A DNA stretch of 64,000 nt from Clostridia bacterium (lineage in GTDB: Bacteria > Bacillota > Clostridia > Christensenellales > UBA1242): the NCBI GenBank assembly GCA_050872785.1, contig JBNMHO010000001.1, positions 128,004 through 192,003 on the forward strand. Direction: 5' to 3'. Within the stretch, counting starts at the first letter, position 1. Each line of letters starts with the position of its first letter. The notes below the pieces were generated by a model that saw nothing but the letters and a program-made list of their open reading frames with translations, had not been told where the DNA came from and made no database searches. The position numbers and the translations under genes are program-made. Shown here piece after piece: positions 43,901 to 46,900 of the stretch.

Positions 43901-46900
43901 TTTCTTGAAGAACTTTCACTTCATTCAACACTTCGCCACCCGAAGTAGTTGTCATCCAGCCGTTTATATAATATCCCGCAAGGGTGTATGCTGGGGTTCT
44001 GTTTATGCTAACAGTTGAAGCGTAGTCTGACTCTGATGAGAAAGTTACTGGACTTGACGCACCGCCTGCCGATTCGTTGTTTTTGTGGAGCAAGATTTTA
44101 ACTTTTGCTGGTGAGAAAACTGCACACAAATTTGTTGCAATTTTTGGAACAGTATAACTCTTGCCCGCTTCTATTATGTCATAACTGCCGTCATAGTTCG
44201 TGTCACCCACAACGCCCGCAACCCAGCCACGGAAAACGTAGCCAAAAAGATAAGGCACGCCATTTTTCTTTATATCTTGATAACGGTTTGTCGAGTTGTC
44301 AAATTGTCTTATAAGGTCGTCATAAGAAAGCGTTTGCCCCGCAGTAACTTGCATGCCGTTTACATCGCTTCCAAACTTTTCGCCCAAATGATTTCTAAGT
44401 TCAATGACAAAGTTTGTTGAATACCAACTTGCATTGAATATCAAATTTTCAGAAATTTCAACCGCTGCATACTCTCTGCCCGCAACATTAAGCCAAGTGA
44501 GGAAAGCATAGTTGCTTTCTTGCAAATTAAAGCGATATTGCGTTGGGTCAATAAGTTCGCCGCAGTAGAAGTCAAGTGTTGGACGCCAACTGCCCGAAAT
44601 TGATTTGTATTCTTCTGGAAGGTCAATTTGCCCCGAAGGAGTGGACAAACTCGTAAGATTTACACCCGTTGGAAGATTTGGATTAAAGGTTATTGTTGAT
44701 TTCCAAATTGCATACAAAGTAACTGTGTTCGTTGTGGTCAAATAATTATCCACAACTTCACGAGTGAGGTTAAATCTGTTCCCCGCAACAAGGAACTCTG
44801 CGTCAGAAGTCCTCTCATTCGTGCCATTTGCTGCCCACCAAGAAGCAAAGTTTTGGCTCTCTGTAGCAAGTTTTGTTACATCATTTTCAAACCACCAACC
44901 AACAAAAGTTGCGCCCGTTCTTGCAAATTTTCTTGAAGGAATTTCAAACCCAGTTGCATAGTCTTGCTTGTAAATTGATGTTTTGACAACATCATAGGAA
45001 AGTGAAACAAAGTCGTTTTCACCCTCTGCAAGTTCCCCACCATTTAGGTCAAATCTGACGGCAAAAACTTCTTGCCAAACAATACTCAAAATGTCTTGAC
45101 TTGCGTTGAAGTCGTCTGCCGAGCCAGTGTAAACATATGTATATTTGTCGTTTGAGCTGTCATATGTCACTTGTCCCGACACAGTTTTGTAATCATTAAA
45201 TCTATAGCCCGCTTTTGTGTAACCCGCCGAAGGCATAATTTCAATTCCGCTCTTTACGTCAGCGTAAGTCACAGTTCTGACAAGTGTATTTTGAACACCG
45301 TTCACAAAGCCATAACTTGAAAGAGGTTTTGCCGCTTTTGAATTTTCCCAACTGCCGCCGTCAAGTTCAATTTGAAGATTGTATGTTTTGACTGACCACA
45401 ACGCATTTATAGTCACTTCGCCGTCACCCAAGTCTTCATCATCAAATATTCCGCCGCTAAGACTGCTTAACAAGACAATATTCTTGTCAAAAGCAACAGC
45501 ATAAGATTTATCGCCATAGGAATAGACGAAAGATTTTAAAACCCAATATGTTTTTTCACCATTTTCAGTGACGGAAATTTCTGTTTGCGAATAGGCACTT
45601 GAGCCAAAAGTAAATTCGCTTCCATAACTTACAGTCATATCTTCGTGAGTATTTGGACCCATAGCGTCAAGATATTTGACAGTTATTTCTGCCCCGACCC
45701 AAATTGCATAATATGTTGTGTCGCTATCAATAACTATTGCTCCGCTAACGCTGTCCGTTCCGCTTGAATTTGTTGACCAACGGCTAAAGATTTTGTGCGA
45801 ACAAGCAAAGCCATATTCGTCAGCCGTTTTAAGAACTAGAACATTATTCCCCACTTGATTTATTGCAATTTTGCCGTTTTCGTCTGCCAAAATGTGGTCT
45901 GCGCCAACATATTCATATGCCGTTTTGCTGTTTGAGCCGACATTTTCATAAAGTGAAACTGTATATTTGAAAACTGGAGTTAGAGTGTAAACAAATTCAT
46001 ATTCTGCTTTTGAACTATCCACCACAACTCTGTCAAAAATGTTCATATAATTTTCGACAAGTTGAGGAACTTCAATAACGAACTTTCCATTTGCTTCAAA
46101 ATAAGCGTAGTTGTCTTTACTTCTTAAATAATCTAATTCATGCAAAGTTTGAGTTGGAAGTGATGAAACTTCAACAAGTCTGTTTGCAGCATTATATGAA
46201 ACTGTATTTTGGAAAACTTTTGAGCCGTCTGAATTTAGGACTTCAAGTCTGACATCTCTAAGTCTCCAATCTGCCACTGCCGAAATTCTTTTGCCAATGT
46301 TTTCTTTTGCAAAACCATAGCCCACGCTGTCATCTGCGACAAATGTTGCAAGTTTGCTCTCTATCCCATTTCCGCTTACTCGCCAACCGTCAAACTGATA
46401 AACTGCTTTGTCGGAATACAAGTTTATTTCGTCTTTTGTTGGCAATGTGACAGTTGCCCCATATGTAACTTCTCTGCTTGTTGGAACTGTGCCAGTGATG
46501 TTGTAATTTTCGCCTGTTTTGCTTCCGCTGAAGCTTAAGACAAACCACACTGCAAATAAGTCAACACTGTCTTGTGCTCCAAAAAGTTCTACGAAATTTT
46601 GCTTTGCATCTTGAGCGACAACTTTTCTTCCCGTGCCGTCTGGTTTTGTATTGAAAGAATCAAATTTACTTCCTTCAAGACTTGACAAAACTAATGAAAG
46701 TTCGCTTCCATTTATTGCTATATTCCCATCTCTGTCCGAATAAATTTTTGTAGATTTTTCAAGAGTTTTTGTTGCGTCTGCATAAAGGGTTGCTGTTTTA
46801 AGTTTGACCCATTTTGCGACCAAAGTCATATCCGCTCTTGCAATCAAATTTTCTTGATCATAGTTATACAAAACGCCGTCACTTGTCCAGCCGTCAAACA